From NCBI RefSeq assembly GCF_004010195.1, contig NC_057719.1, forward strand, positions 54,801,844-54,855,909: DNA of 54,066 nucleotides. Reading direction: 5' to 3'. Below the pieces are notes generated by a model. It made no database searches, was not told the DNA's origin, and was given only the letters and a program-made list of their open reading frames with translations. The stretch is from Chiloscyllium plagiosum (Eukaryota). The position numbers were made by a program, and so were the translations under genes. Below, piece after piece: positions 35,455-49,244 of the stretch. How positions within the stretch are numbered: position 1 is the first letter of the stretch; the number at the start of each line of letters is the position of its first letter.

Positions 35455-37672
35455 TATCAGATCCTCAGCTGGGCAGGTGACCGAGGTGTCAGTGGGGGAG
35501 CACTTTGGGGCCAGCGACCATAATTCTATTAGTTTTAAAATAGTGATGGAAAAGGATAGACCAGATCTAAAAGTTGAAGTTCTCAATTAGAGGAAGGCCA
35601 ATTTTGATTGTATTAGGCAAGAACTTTCAAAAGCTGATTGGGCATTGATATTTGCAGGTAAAAGGACGGCTGAAAAATGGGAAGCCTTCAGAAATGAGAT
35701 AATCAGAGTCCATCCAAAGTACATTCCCATTAGGGTGAAAGGAAAGGCTGGTAGGTATAGGGAATGCAAGATGACTAAAGAAATTGAGGTTTGGGTTAAG
35801 AAAAAGAAGGAAGCGTATGTCAGGTATAGATAGGATAGATCAAGCAAATCCTTAGAAAAGTATAAAGGCAGTAGGAGTATACTTAAGAGAGAAATCAGGA
35901 GGTCAAAATGGGGAAATGAGATAGCTTTAGCCAATAGAGTTAAGGAGAATCTAAAGGGTTTTTACAAATACATTGAGGACAAAAGGGTAACTAGGGAGAG
36001 AATAGGGCCCCTCAAGGCGGCCTTTGTGTGGAGCCGTAGGAGATAGGGGAGGTACTAAATGAGTATTTTGCATGAGTATTTACTGTGGAAACCGTCATGG
36101 AAGATACAGAATGTAGGGAAAAAGATGGTGACACCTTGCAAAATGTCCATATTACAGAGGTGGAAGTGCTAGATGTCCTGAAACGCATAAAAGTGGATAA
36201 ATCCCTAGGACCTGATCAGGTGTACCCTAGAACACTGTGGGAAGCTAGGAATTGCTGGGTCTCTTACTGAGATATTTGTATAATCGATAGTCACAGGTGA
36301 GATGCTGGAAGTCTGGAGGTTGGCAAACGTGGTGCCACTGTTTAGAAAGGTGGTAAGGACAAGCCAGGGAACTACAAACCAGTGAGCCTGACATCGGTGG
36401 TGGGCAAGTTGTTGGAGAGAATCCTGAGGAACAGGATGTACATGTATTTGTAAAGGCAAGGACCTATTAGGGATAGTCAATGTGGCTTTTGCATGGGAAA
36501 TCATGTCTCACAAATTTGATTGAGTCTTTCGAAGAAGTAACAAAGAGGATTGATAAGGGCAGAATGGTGGACAGGTTCTATATGGACTTCAGTAAGACAT
36601 TCGACAAGGTTCCCCATGAGAGACTGGTTAGCGAGGTTAAATCTCATGGAATACAGGGAGAACTAGCTACTTGGATACAGAACTGGCTCAATGGTAGAAG
36701 ATAGAGGATGGTGGTGGAGATTGTTTTTCAGACTGGAGGCCTGTAACCAGTGGAGTGCCACAAGGATCGGTGCTGGATCCACTAGTTTTCACCATTTATA
36801 CAAATGATTTGGATGTGAGCATAAGAGGTATAGTTAGTAGGTTTGCAGATGACACCAAAATTGGACCAGATGGGCCAATGGGCTGAGAAGTGGCAGATGG
36901 AGTTTAATTCAGATAAATGTGAGGTGCTGCATTTTGGGAAAGCAAATCTTAGCAGGACTTATACACTTGTTGGTAAGGTCCTAGGGAGTGTTGCTGAACA
37001 AAGAGATCTTGAAGTGCAGGTTCATAGCTCCTTGAAAGTGGAATTGCAGGTAGATAGGATAGTGAAGAAGGTGTTTTGAATGCTTTCCTTTATTGGTCAG
37101 AGTATTGAGTACAGGAGTTGGGAGGTCATGTTCCGGCTGTGCAGGACATTGGTTAGGCCACTGTTAGAATATTGTGTGCAATTCTAGTCTCCTTCTTGTT
37201 GGAAAGATGTTGTGAAACTTGGAAGGGTTCAGAAAAGATTTACAAGGATGTTGCCAGCATTGGAGGATTTGAGTGATAGGGAGAGGTTGAATAGGTTGGG
37301 GCTGTTTTCTCTGGAGGTATGGAGACTGAGGGGTGTGGATAGGATAAATAGACAAAGTATTTTCCCTGGAGTGGGGTGGGGGAGTCCAGGACTAGAGGCA
37401 TATGTTTAGGGTGACAGGGGAAAGTTATAAAAGAGACCTAAGGTGCAATTGTTTCATGTAAAGGGTGACACATTTATGGAATGAGCTGGGAGAGGCAAGT
37501 ACAATTGCAACATTTAAAATGCATTTGGATGGGTATATGAATGGGAAGCATTTAAAGGGATATGGGCCAGGTGTTGGCAGGTGGGACTAGATTGGGTTGG
37601 GATATCTGGACGGCATGGACGAGTTGAACCGAAGGGTCTGTTTCTATGCTGTACATCTCTATGACTCTATGA
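35455..37672 (+). mobile_element. Longest CR1 copy in the window (end of endonuclease to 3' tail), disrupted
   Basis: GEHFGASDHNSISF, KVDKSLGPDQVYPR, GKSCLTNLIESFEEV, YMDFSKTFDKVPH; (ctatgact) tail. Confidence 0.95.
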
Positions 37673-38369
37673 TAAACTAGGCAGCCTACTCTGCTGTCAT
37701 GGAGGTTCAGGTGGCTGTCAATGTAATTGATGATTGTTTATGGTTAGCAGAGAACCACAAAGGAATCATAAAGGAGTCTGGCCACAAACTCTTTGAAAAG
37801 GCTTTGTTATCTTCAACCAGGATGCCAGTATATTAACTCCTTTGCCAACGATTCAACCAATCAATAAAATTATTTTTAGTTTTGGCAAATTTTAACAAAT
37901 ATGTAAGTTCTGAAAGAAATGCAGTAACTAAAAGAGCTAACTTGCACTTGTTCATTTCAATCCCTTTGTTCATCCATTGCAGCCAGCATTGCTGGACTGT
38001 CTGGACAAGATAATTCTGCAGTTCCAATGGCATTCTCAAGCTCCATAGCTCCTTGAGTTGGTCAACTCTGGCTTGTGCCTGTAGAGTATGCAAATGACAG
38101 CCTCTTCAGCTGTCATAAAATCACAAGATCAAGTTAATTACCTTAATTGTTTTGTTAATTGTTAGAGTAGGAATGGAGTTGTTAAATACATACATTGTTT
38201 ACTTAGCATTTTACATTCATGATTAGATTTTTAGCTACAAAAGGGAGTACACATTAGGTTGGATTGAAGAAAGATAGTTGGATGCTAGTAATAAGGATGG
38301 TGGTGTTAAGAATGATGAAAATATTGGTGAATGGAGATGAATAGTTCATATGAAATATCCTTGGTGGAA

Positions 38370-38620
38370 GTGCTCTGAGCTCAGCTATGAGTAGACCAGC
38401 AATGAATATCAGGCTTGCTCTTCCTCCTTCACTTCCTTATCCTTCATCTTTTTCCTGCATTTTTTTCTACTCCTCTTGTATCTTCTAATCTTCCTTCTTC
38501 TGCAATTCTTGTAGATACGGTCACTAATTATAACCAGATTACATGGCACACAATAAGCCACCACAGACATGAATATTCACTAATGGGCTGTGCTGCAAAA
38601 CACATCCTGAAGAGAAGAGA
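38370..38620 (-). pseudogene. Possible Harbinger transposase C-terminal fossil
   Basis: Minus strand LQHSP..VVAYCVPCNL followed by a GA-rich tract, like LQYxP..VxCCxLHN plus acidic tail. Confidence 0.45.
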
Positions 38621-41600
38621 GGAAGTCAAGCTAGCTTTGGGCTACAGGCCTGAACTTTTATCTAGGTTTCTAAAAATATTTTAGAAGTATTCTAGCACAA
38701 AGCTGAACATACCAATTTCCATCTTATTTTATACCCTTCTGGAGCAGGCAGCACTCAGATTTCACCCTGAATGATTTGAGTGCTTGCTCTTTATGATTGA
38801 ATGCTGCAATCCCAATAACTTTTATAGAGTGGTCATAGGTTTAGATGGTCAAAGGCAGTTTCTTGCAACATCTACTTTGAGGCAGTTCAGATTTTTGACC
38901 CTAATAAAATGAAACATTTGAAACGTACAAAATTAATGAAGTGATCCAGCAAAAATGGCTTTTTTATTCATGCATTTCCATTGTGTTTCTTCTTTATATA
39001 AAGTCAATATTATCTCTTTAGTTGGGCTCAGCTGCTTTGCTTTGTATGAGGAAATTAAAGTATTGGGCTGCTACTGGCTTGACTCATATTGCACAATGCC
39101 TGCTGTGTACAACAATCAAATGAACACTTGAAACTCCCACGAGCTGCAAGTTGGCCAATTTGTAAGGGTACACATTTGTAGTAGTTGACTCCGCTATTTC
39201 CAGTGCTTTAAAACTATATTGGCACAGTCTTGTGGAGTTCCAAAACACAGGCTGGCAACATGATTCACAAAATTATAAATTCTCATCTCACAAGCCAAGC
39301 TTATCTGTCAATGTGGGTGTCACAGAGGCAAAAGGGGAGAAAGTCAAAGCCAGTAAACAAACCTTTTGTTATTTCGTCTCATACTGAATTAAAATCTCTG
39401 TACTTACTGGCACACCCACTCTGAGTGTGATTTTCACTTTAGGGCCCACATTTTTTTTCTCTCTGCATGGATAATAATTCTGTTACAGGCAGCCAAGCAC
39501 TGTTGTTTGCTGACTCCTTGCAGTCATTAAAAATGACTCTTCCTACTTTCATTCTTCGTTAAGAAGTCACCAATGATTATGAGAGGCAGGTTGGTCATGA
39601 ACATTCCTCACTGCCCATTATGCCTAAACTTTCTAATAATTGTTGTAATCCATTACAGAGGTATCCCTAGCACAGCTGTTCTGACTCCAGCCTTGGATTT
39701 TGCATGCATTATTTATGGTTCTCCATTAACAGTAAAGTTGGATGCCTCCCATTTAATGTCACACAACCTAGTTGTTCATTTTAGTGCTGATTTATGAAAA
39801 GATTGTGTCTTGCCTAGCCATGATTCTTTACATTCATATTGTAAAGAAATAAAATCATAAACATCCAAAATCAGAGCTGAATAAACTATATAAACATGTA
39901 GAATGTTCCAGCAATAAAAAATCAGCAACTTCAGATTTTCATGTTCCCATTGATGCATTTTGGCACTATGAAACCTTAGTCATTTCATTTTGTCTTTTAA
40001 GTTAATGAACGTTCTTTAGCTGTCCTGAAGTTAGCTCAATATCTCAAGCAGAGCAGCTGCAAGTTTAAAGCATAAACTGACAAACATCGTCCCCAAGAGC
40101 TTCTCCCTTGTATGATATTAATATAAAATGTCATAACAAGATAATTTATCATAATGACTTCTCTGTAAAATTTGCTAACATTTTAATCAATGTTTTTTTT
40201 TATTCAATTTATGTGAATTGCATAGCTTATTACATAATTAATTTAGCAAGGTATTCTAATCAAACCATTTGCCTTTTAGCTTAATTTAATAAACTTTCAT
40301 GTTTATGACTTGTTAATTTGATTATATCATAATAGAATATTGCAACATTTTACATATGAAGCTATCTAATAGATATAATGTGGTTGCTTATTTTAACTGT
40401 TATTTTGCATAATTGTTTATACTTACTGTGCTAGTTTTGCAAAGGCAGAGTGTTAAAAAATTATCAAATAAATCCATGTAGTACTTTTTATGTTGAATTT
40501 TGTAATCAACAGTCTACATTTTCACTGTTCCAAGAACTTGTGTTATGTATTGTAGGCCTATGCCCATTAAGTACAAGATTGAAAATACAAGGAACCAGCC
40601 AACAAAGCCAATTTACAGATCTTTTGGTTGAGCTCTAGTTTGGAGTTGTGCTTAAATCAGAGAAATGATAATCACATGGCTTGTTTCATCAAGTGGTTTT
40701 CAACCTTCGTACAGATTGATAATCATGTGGAAACCCTAGGATGTGATATATATATATATCTCCAGAACAATTTTCGTCACTTTTATTTGAAACTAGATTC
40801 TAGTTTGTTCCACTCAAAAAATTAGAGTTCAAGTTTTGTTTCAGTTATGCAGTTTTCCTCTATGTTCCTTTCTAAATAAGATACATGACTTTCACTAGAA
40901 AACGATTAGATTCCTTACTTTACTAAACCTCACCATTGTGATGCAGGAGACTTCTAGCAATTACATGCTGTCACCGTTGAGTCACTCCTAGTGATGGGCA
41001 TCAAAATTTCCCACCCTAGGTATAGTCATCCTGAGGTCCCTACTAAGCAATGAATGTTGTTAGAGAATGAAGATCGAAGAGTATTAGTTCTTGGCAAGCG
41101 AATTGGAACATCCTGTGGACAGAAACAAATGAAATGCCTTTTTAGTCTTGCCCTCAACCCATGACCAATGTTCCCTCCAAGCTGTATGGCTACCTGCACA
41201 TACAGTCACTCCAATATTGTGTGCAGAGCAATTAGAATTGGCACACCAACCGCCGTATTGATTTTTTAACCTCAAATGGACCTTGTAGGCCCATGCAATC
41301 AGAAAAAAAATGAGACGAATGCTGCCCATGTTAACTTGTATAATTATGTTGACAACTCTTCATTGTTTATCTGCAGCTAGAATCTATTTATTATAATAAA
41401 TAACAATTCTTAACAAGTACAGTAACCTAATGCCCACCTAGGTTTAAAAGACAGGTAAAATGGGGAATTTTGCAGCAATTTCTGAAATCTTTAAGTTTTA
41501 AGATGATTCCAGGAATAGCAGGCCTTGATTTCAAGTACACTATTCCAGTAAGGCCTACCATTAGGCAGCTCAATAAAGAGAGAATGCATTAGTGCAGCAC

Positions 41601-41631
41601 GTTAATGCATCTTTCATTGATACAGTGACAT

Positions 41632-41798
41632 CTATAATCTCGACAAATAAGTATGAAAGGACTGTGGATGCTGTGAATCAGAAACAAAACCATAAATTGC
41701 TGGAAAAGATCAGCAGATCTGGCAGCGTCTGTGGAGAGAAAGCAGAGTTAACATTTTGGGTCCAGTGACCCTTCCTCAAAACCCCTATAATCGTGACA
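41632..41798 (-). mobile_element. Penelope-like tail with 14-bp TSD and decayed hammerhead
   Basis: TSD ctataatctcgaca (41632-41645) / ctataatcgtgaca (41785-41798); minus strand ttgaggaagggtcactggacccaaaatgttaactctg. Confidence 0.85.
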
Positions 41799-42309
41799 GT
41801 TGAGCTCCTGATCTGAAGCAAATCACTGCATAATGATGAAATTAGACAAATTGTTTCTTAATAAGAAGGGTGGCAAAATCTCTGGTTGAATCAAAATGTC
41901 ATTTATTTCTTTTTAGATCAACTACAATCAATCAATCAGTCAGTAACAGATGAGAAAAGCTTTTAGTTCTCAAAAATATAACAGGCATAATATTCTCATT
42001 AACTGAATCAGCTATAAAAGTTTAGTGAAGTGGAATCCCTGCTCAGTTGTTTAGTATGTGTAATCTGGAGGATAAACAAAAGAAGGAAAATTGAAAGCAA
42101 TTCCAATTGCAGAGGTAGAATGCCCTATCCCGTTTTTACCCACAAAATCTTATCCACAATGACAGGACATAACATTAGTGACTGACTGAATACACCCAGA
42201 AGAAAACTATTCACTTGAATATCTCAGCACAAAAGTACAGAATAGTTATATGGGCGAGATACTGAGGCACAGATAGTCGAGGAATACACTCAACATGACT
42301 TAAAAATTG

Positions 42310-42575
42310 ACATAAACAGCATCTTTTATGACCTCAGGGTATCAGAAATGCTTTATGTCTTCCAACGTAATTTTGAAGAACATTCTTGTTGCCTTATAAG
42401 AAAATTAGCAGCTAATTTGCACATAGAGAAGTTCCAGAAATAAACAAATTGATAATCAACATTTTTCTTTTAGTATTGAGGGATGGCACTGGCCATGAAA
42501 TGTGGAGAAATCCCCAGATGTTCGTTAAGGAGTATATGGAACAATCTATGATCACCTATGATCACCTATGATCCT
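42310..42575 (-). mobile_element. Old DeuSINE (SacSINE1-like) 3' half
   Basis: gacctcaggg..aaatgcttta..gcagctaatttgcacatag..ttgagggat..ctggcca resembles the antisense Deu domain; 10-bp tandem ctatgatcac at 42546-42573. Confidence 0.6.
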
Positions 42576-43424
42576 TTAATGTCTCAGGTAGACTTAGTTT
42601 GAAGAACCCAAACAGGAAGACCTACCTTTGGAGCCAGCTGGGAGATTGCTGCGATAACATGGTAGTTTTGCGACATGGTGGAAGAACCAGATCTTTTATA
42701 AAATAAAGAGAAGAGAATGGAAACACGAATGCAAAATAAATGATTTAGAGAATCTGGAATACAGATTCAGACACAACCTGCTAAAATTGCAAAAGCTATG
42801 AACAATCAAATGCTAGGACATAGCTGCAAATGGAGAGACTACCCAGATTGCCAGGTATGCAGGCACAATGTTTCAGCGGTGGTGAACTCAAATTAAAATC
42901 GTTTAGCATTGTCAGAGAGCTCAGAAAAATAGATGGAATTATGAAAGAGTCCCCAATTCCTGCTGTCAGTCATTCCCTGCAGCATTGCCAACACAAGCTT
43001 TTAATGTGATTTCCAAAATAGACTACACACACACAGAAGGCATAACCCAATTAAATCATTTTCTCATGCATTTTCAATTCAATTCCTTTTTGGAAACTGA
43101 CAAGCTCTTGTGAGTTGGTCCAATTTGACCAAAATTCAACTTTCTTGAATATCAAAAATTTGACCTAATTAGGATTAATTGATATTCAAAAACTGTTTGC
43201 TTTGATTTAATCTCGCTACACTGGAGCAATAATCAAGGAAATTGGAGAAGGCTTTACTACGATTCTGATACTCCATTTTTGTAAACTTGAACCTCAATAA
43301 GATATTCAAGCTTATGCTCATGGTTCTGTATGAAATTGAATCTTGTGGAACCATGTTGAAATAAAACAATCACCAGAAATAAAACTCAATAAATAAACTT
43401 TAGATGTTGTATTTTCACAGGGTG

Positions 43425-44275
43425 GTAGAGTCTTACAGCATGGCATAGGCCCTTTGGCCCAAACTGATCCATGCCAACCAAAATGTCCATCCATGCTAAC
43501 CCCATTTCACTTAAACTTTTAATCCTTTTCTACCCATATATTTGTCCAAATGCCTTTAAATATTGTTAACGTATCTGCCTCAACCACTTCCACTGGCAGC
43601 TCGTTCCATATGCATTCCACCCTCTGTGTAAAAAAGTTACTCCTCACATTTACTTTTCTTTCCCCTCTAACCTTAAACTGATGTCCTCTCGTTCTCAATT
43701 CCCCAACCCTGGGAAAAAGACTGAGTGCATTCACACTATACATGCCTCTCATGATTTTATACATCTCTATAAGATCCCACCTCAGTCTCCTATGCTCTAA
43801 AGAGAAAAGTCCTAGTTTAGATTAGATTACATTACATTACAGTGTGGAAACAGGCCCTTCGGCCCAACAAGTCCACACCGACCCGCCGAAGCGCAACCCA
43901 CCCATACCCCTACATTTACCCCTTACCTAACACTACGGGCAATTTAGCATGGCCAATTCACAACTCCACACAGTCAGTCGCCTGAGGCAGGAATTGGACC
44001 CAGGTCTCAGGCGCTGTGAGGCAGCAGTGCTAACCACTGTGCCACCATGCCGCCCACTAAAGTTATCTAACCTTTCCCTATAACTCAGAGCAGAGTCCAG
44101 GCAACATCCTTGTAAATTTCTTCTGCACTCTTTACAGTTTAATAACATCCTTCCTATAACAAGGTGACAAAACTGAACACAATACTCGAAGTGCAGCCTC
44201 ACCAATGTCCTGTACAACTGCAACATAACCTCCCAACTTCTATACTCAATGCCCTAACTGATGAAGGCTAGTGTG
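43425..44275 (-). mobile_element. CR1 3' fragment split by a SINE
   Basis: MLQLYRTLVRLHFEYCVQF and MYKIMRGM..LFPRVGELRTRGHQFKVRG on minus strand. Confidence 0.92.
43817..44055 (-). mobile_element. HE1-type SINE with internal deletion
   Basis: Minus strand gggcggcatggtggcacagtggttagcactgctgcctcacagcgcc; about 75 bp missing near 43961 relative to the 5001 copy; CpGs retained. Confidence 0.92.
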
Positions 44276-45908
44276 CTCCTCCATTTATGTTTTTGTTGCC
44301 CTTGGCCCTCCTCATAGTCCCTGAAAGTAATAACTTATTCTGATATATAGTTACATAGAGACTAGTAGTTTTCTTGTTTCTCATTTTTGTATTCATATTC
44401 CCTGGGTAAGCCCATAATGATGGTGCCAACTGGTTCAGAAAAAAAATTATAATTATCTCTTCACTCTATTGTTCCTGCCAATGGTTAGCAAACCTTAAGA
44501 ATGAGAACTTTGGTCTTATAATTTCTACACCAATGCATGAATGTTCAGGGCAGTTTTACTGCCCTGTCTCTAACATTTACACCAATTAGAATCAGCCAAC
44601 TGATTTCAAACTTTGATTTGGGCTCTTCCTGTTCTGTTTTACTGAGCTCTGTGCAGTGTCGTCAATAGGAACCTCTAATATTTTTAAAGATGAATACAAC
44701 CAGTTAATTTAAGGTTTTTAAAGGTGTTGGGGAGCCTCTAGAACTACCATTTTCCAATAACTAAATTATGATAGCATAATAAAAGGGTAGTCATATTCAG
44801 ATATATTTTATAAAGAAAGCTAATCTAAATTTAGAAAGCATACAAGGGATCCTAAATAATGACCTCCCGGTAGCCGCATGATTTTTCGTGAGCATGAAAC
44901 TGCAGCCAAAAGCAGATAATCAGACTGGGTTATCTTGATCAAGGAATCACAAAAGGTCAATAAATAATTGAAGGATTCGAGTACGGTCCATTGAATTTTC
45001 AGATGATGCAAAGAATCAATAGCTTCTGTTGTGTTGAATTGGGAATGGGAAGGAACACCACAAAGAATTTTAACATAACTGACTATGCTTTGTGTATATC
45101 AGCCATTTTGGTAGATTGTCATAAAGTTTGCTGAACACAACTAATTCGAGGAGATTCATCTGAGCAGCATGAGAGAGGCATCTTGAAACAGCAGCTGCTT
45201 CTTAACGGTTTGAGTGTGTGAAGCAGTCAGGGTCACTGTAATGAACCGGGCTATGAATAGCCATGGACTATTGTGCTGTAAAAAGGAAACAAAGGAGCTT
45301 TCACTTTCTCCCAGGAGCTGTTCTGTTTGGTCCACCAATGGGAGCAACCTCCAACTATTCAATTGCAGAAAGAATCTCAGCTGTTGATTCAGACTTCAAC
45401 TTTTCAACTTCTTCATTTCAAAAAGCAACTCTTTCAGCAAGCTCAGCCTACAATGACTATTCAGGCTTATTTTATTTTCATTTTGATTCTTAACACTTAC
45501 ACTTGGTTACTTAAAATCTTTGTGTCTGTATTTCATCTAGTAACTTCATCATTTTTTAAAATAACTTTCAACAGTTGTTTTGTAATAAGCTAACCATTTA
45601 TATTGTTCAAAGCATAAACTTGAACAGTTGGTTATGTTCAAACTGAAACACTCGATAATTAAAAAAAACGGCATAATACATTTTTTTAGCTCATGGAGCA
45701 CTCTGAAGATGTAAGGTTGAGAGAATAGATTTTTACACTTGCATATGAATCCAAATAATATATATAAAATTAAAAGCTTTTAGTGTGCAATACTTATCTG
45801 AAGTAAATGTTTATAAATTTGACAATATGTTGATGTTGATATAGCCTGATATAGAGTGCAGATGTATAAAAATACAATCATTCCAACCTGAGCATTCCTT
45901 GTTCCAAG

Positions 45909-47028
45909 TGTTACAACCAGTCCCCAAGCAAGTTTCTGCAATTTAATATGATTCCAGATGCGATACTCCAAATTGTTAGGTGCCTCGATGAGGAGAGAAG
46001 ATCTGACTCCCTTCTTTATTGACATATTCCCCTTGGATGGTTGCAACAAGATTAATTTGAAAAAGATCCCTTCCCTCGTCGGTCCCTTTCATCTGGACCC
46101 AAGTGAATTTATGTTTTAAAAGAAGCCAATTTATTCAGGCTTTTTTGAGTTAACAAAGAGAAAGTTTATTATTTATCAAGTATTAGGGATCAATTTATAA
46201 TGCAACACATTTACAGGTTAGAAATAAAAAGCGAGTCCAAAAAGAAAGAGTTCACATAAAAATCTAAGCCATATGGGCTATACCAAGATTTGTGCCAGAA
46301 TTGCCCAGGAATTTCAACTTAACATCAGGAGCTGCTCACTCCATCTTTTATGCATTTGCCAAGTTCCTCACTAGGCAGCAGCAAGTTGTCAATTAAAGGG
46401 TTTGTAACTCATTAAATGTCTTATTAATGTCACAAAATGCCTTATTGATATTCAGCTTTCTAGGTTAGTGAGCAGGCTGAACAAACTTGTCCCCAAGAAT
46501 TCTCGACAAGGAAGTCAAATGGGGAACTTACACTAAAACTTGCATTAGAGGGCACACCAACAACCTGGATTTAAAAGTTGTCATAAGAAAATATTGTATG
46601 CAGGAATAGCCACCCAGATCACAAACCGGACCAGGCTGCATCTCAGAGCTGCTCCCTTGCTCTCTTCATTCCTGCTCACTTAGTACCTATGTGCCTGCTC
46701 ACAGTATCCATGCCATGCCTTGCTATGCAATGAATGTTAGCCAATGGGTGCTTCAGCCATAGCCTAAAGGCTAATCACTACTTTCATATTGACATGCTCT
46801 TTTGTGTATACACACAGATAAGCTGCTTGTCAGTAGGAACCTGTCAAGAAAGGGGTTGTTAATATGAACAGTATGTCGAGCTTGCAATCTAACACTACAA
46901 TATGTGCCAGCTATTTGCGCAGCAATCATATTGCATTTTCTCCTATCTTAAGTCTGACTAAAAGAGACACTTCATGTTTTTCATGTCATCTACATAAGTA
47001 TTATGCTCAATTTAAGTTAGAAGTAACA
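45909..47028. mobile_element. Possible solo LTR
   Basis: Bounded by tgttac...gtaaca; internal tttatt; no TSD found. Confidence 0.3.
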
Positions 47029-47764
47029 ACTTGTGTAAGAGAATTACCCAAGGGCATAATTTTCTACTTCTGGTGATGATCTTAGAAGCAAAAGGGCAAA
47101 TCATTGAGGCAGAAAATCCAAACACAGTTGCCTTCCTGCCTCCACCAGAATTTTGTCTTGGACAGGCAGGCCCAAGATTTACCCTTCCAATTCAATCCCT
47201 TAAATGGCCAATGAAAGAATAATAAAATGCGTTGAACTACCACTGCTGGGATTAACCCAGCTGCAGGTGGTCAGGTGGTCATACAACATTCCTGTTGGCT
47301 GCTGCCTCCCAGGCAGATTGTCACCTCACTGGGGAGTTGCATTCCACCTTCAAAACAATATCAGTACCTTTTCAAGGGACTGGACATTATGCTGTGGAAT
47401 GCCAGTGGGAAGAATTCCTAAAATTGTTTTAACACCCCCAACTGTAATTCCCAACATGGGAACACATGCCCCCATTAACACCACTATCCTGGTTCCTCCA
47501 CAATCTGAGGATTATGTGGTTACAATTCAACAAGCATCATGACCTCCTCTGTTGTGTTGCTTAGTGTATAAGCTGCTGGTCTCTGATTGGCTGTCTGTTC
47601 TTGCTAGGCAGGAATTCCACACTCAGGGTCTTGACTCCACGCAAAGGCCTGCAGGTGACTGCACCAATGCATGACTGGCATATGCTTTAGTGAGCATTCT
47701 CAGAACATGTCAGCACTTGTCAATCAACTTTTCTTTCTGATCATTACTGCACAAGGAGATACTG

Positions 47765-48000
47765 GAAGAAAAGCAGAAGACTGCAACTGCTGGAAATCTC
47801 AAATGGAAAATATTGGAAAATAGGTCAGGCAGCATGGAGAGACACAACATTGTTATTTCAGGCTGACAACTTTTCAATAGTTGTATGTTTAACCAAAACC
47901 AGAAGACTGTTTTAAGTAAATGCATAGTCAGTTACAAATGAATGGATGTAAGGGGTAGGGGAGAACAGAAAGAACAAAAAGGAATTCCTCTGACATTGGG
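47765..48000 (-). mobile_element. Old Penelope-like tail
   Basis: aaagcagaagactgcaactgctggaaatct..aggtcaggcagcatggagaga..tttcagg. Confidence 0.65.
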
Positions 48001-49244
48001 AATTGCAATGCCAGGAAATATTACTGGAGCATACAAGAATCCAGTTCATTGAAAATGTAGAACTTAATCTTTTCAGATATGATCTTTAACAATTATTTAC
48101 AATAAGTAATAAGAAAAATAAAATTGTGAATGTTTTATTTATGGATGTATGCATTTGCCTGTGTTGAAGTTGTATGTGGCAAATATAATGTCAAAATGCA
48201 TAGTAAAGCTTCATAGCAACTTCCTGGGGGATGTTCAGTGGCATTAGTTCCATGGCTTTTTTTTTCAGTTAAGGTGGATAGTCCATAATGTGAATACATT
48301 AATAGTCTTTGAGTAGCCCTGTTCTTGGATTTGAAATTTGAATAGGGTTAAATAAGAGTTAAAGGATGATTCCTGTAAATATTGGAGGCACTGACTGTCA
48401 CAGATACATATGTCACTGGGAACCTGCAATCTTCCCAATTCATGTTAAGAGTGGCATTGTGTAATGAAGCATATATAGCTGTGTATGGATACAATCCATA
48501 ACTCCTTTCACCTTTGGGAATCCTGTCACTCTGTAAAGTTGCTGAGCTTGCTTATGTTACTGACATTTTTCTACACAGAAAATGAACCGTGATGCTCATA
48601 CAAAATACAATGCTTTTGTAGCTTGCTTCCCACAATGAGAATATTGAATCACAATTGTATCCCTTTGGGAATCTTGAAATGAACTGGTGTTCAGAGGTTG
48701 CATGACAATAACAGTCCTGAGCAGTGATTAACTTCACTCTTAGTCTGCTGGCAACATGTAGTGAAATTCATTTCCATGGATATTCTGCAGTTTTGTTTTT
48801 GCTAATTTGGTAAAAAAGGGAAACTTGGTTGTAATGGTATAAACAATGCTGAGGTCATTTTCCTCAAGCTACATCAGGCGAGCAGGAAAATCCCTCTGCA
48901 AATTCACCTGCAAAATCCAGTCGTGGGTGATCTAGTGGGATCTTGATAAGTCAGTGGACTACAGACCTAGACCATTATTTCCATCTCCACTTATTAGCTT
49001 GGTGAATGTACCGACATAGCAGAAAATTGTGTCGCATTTTCAGTTATAGTTGTAGGCATAGTTATGTTAAAAATTCGCTAAATATTGCACTGTTTATTAA
49101 CCAGAGAAAATATTTTTGTTTCAAAGAAGTGAATTGAACCCCGCCATGATAAAAGTTGCTGAACCAATTTTTGCATCTAACAATGACAAAAAACTGAATG
49201 GCCAATGGGTGAAAAAGAAAACAGCTAGCTGACATAATTTCTTT

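Noticed and set aside
37833..38093. 86-aa minus-strand ORF
   Set aside because: No recognisable domain; length compatible with chance.
44861..44890. PGS-HD-like Harbinger motif
   Set aside because: Needs a frameshift within the motif and no neighbouring motifs were found.
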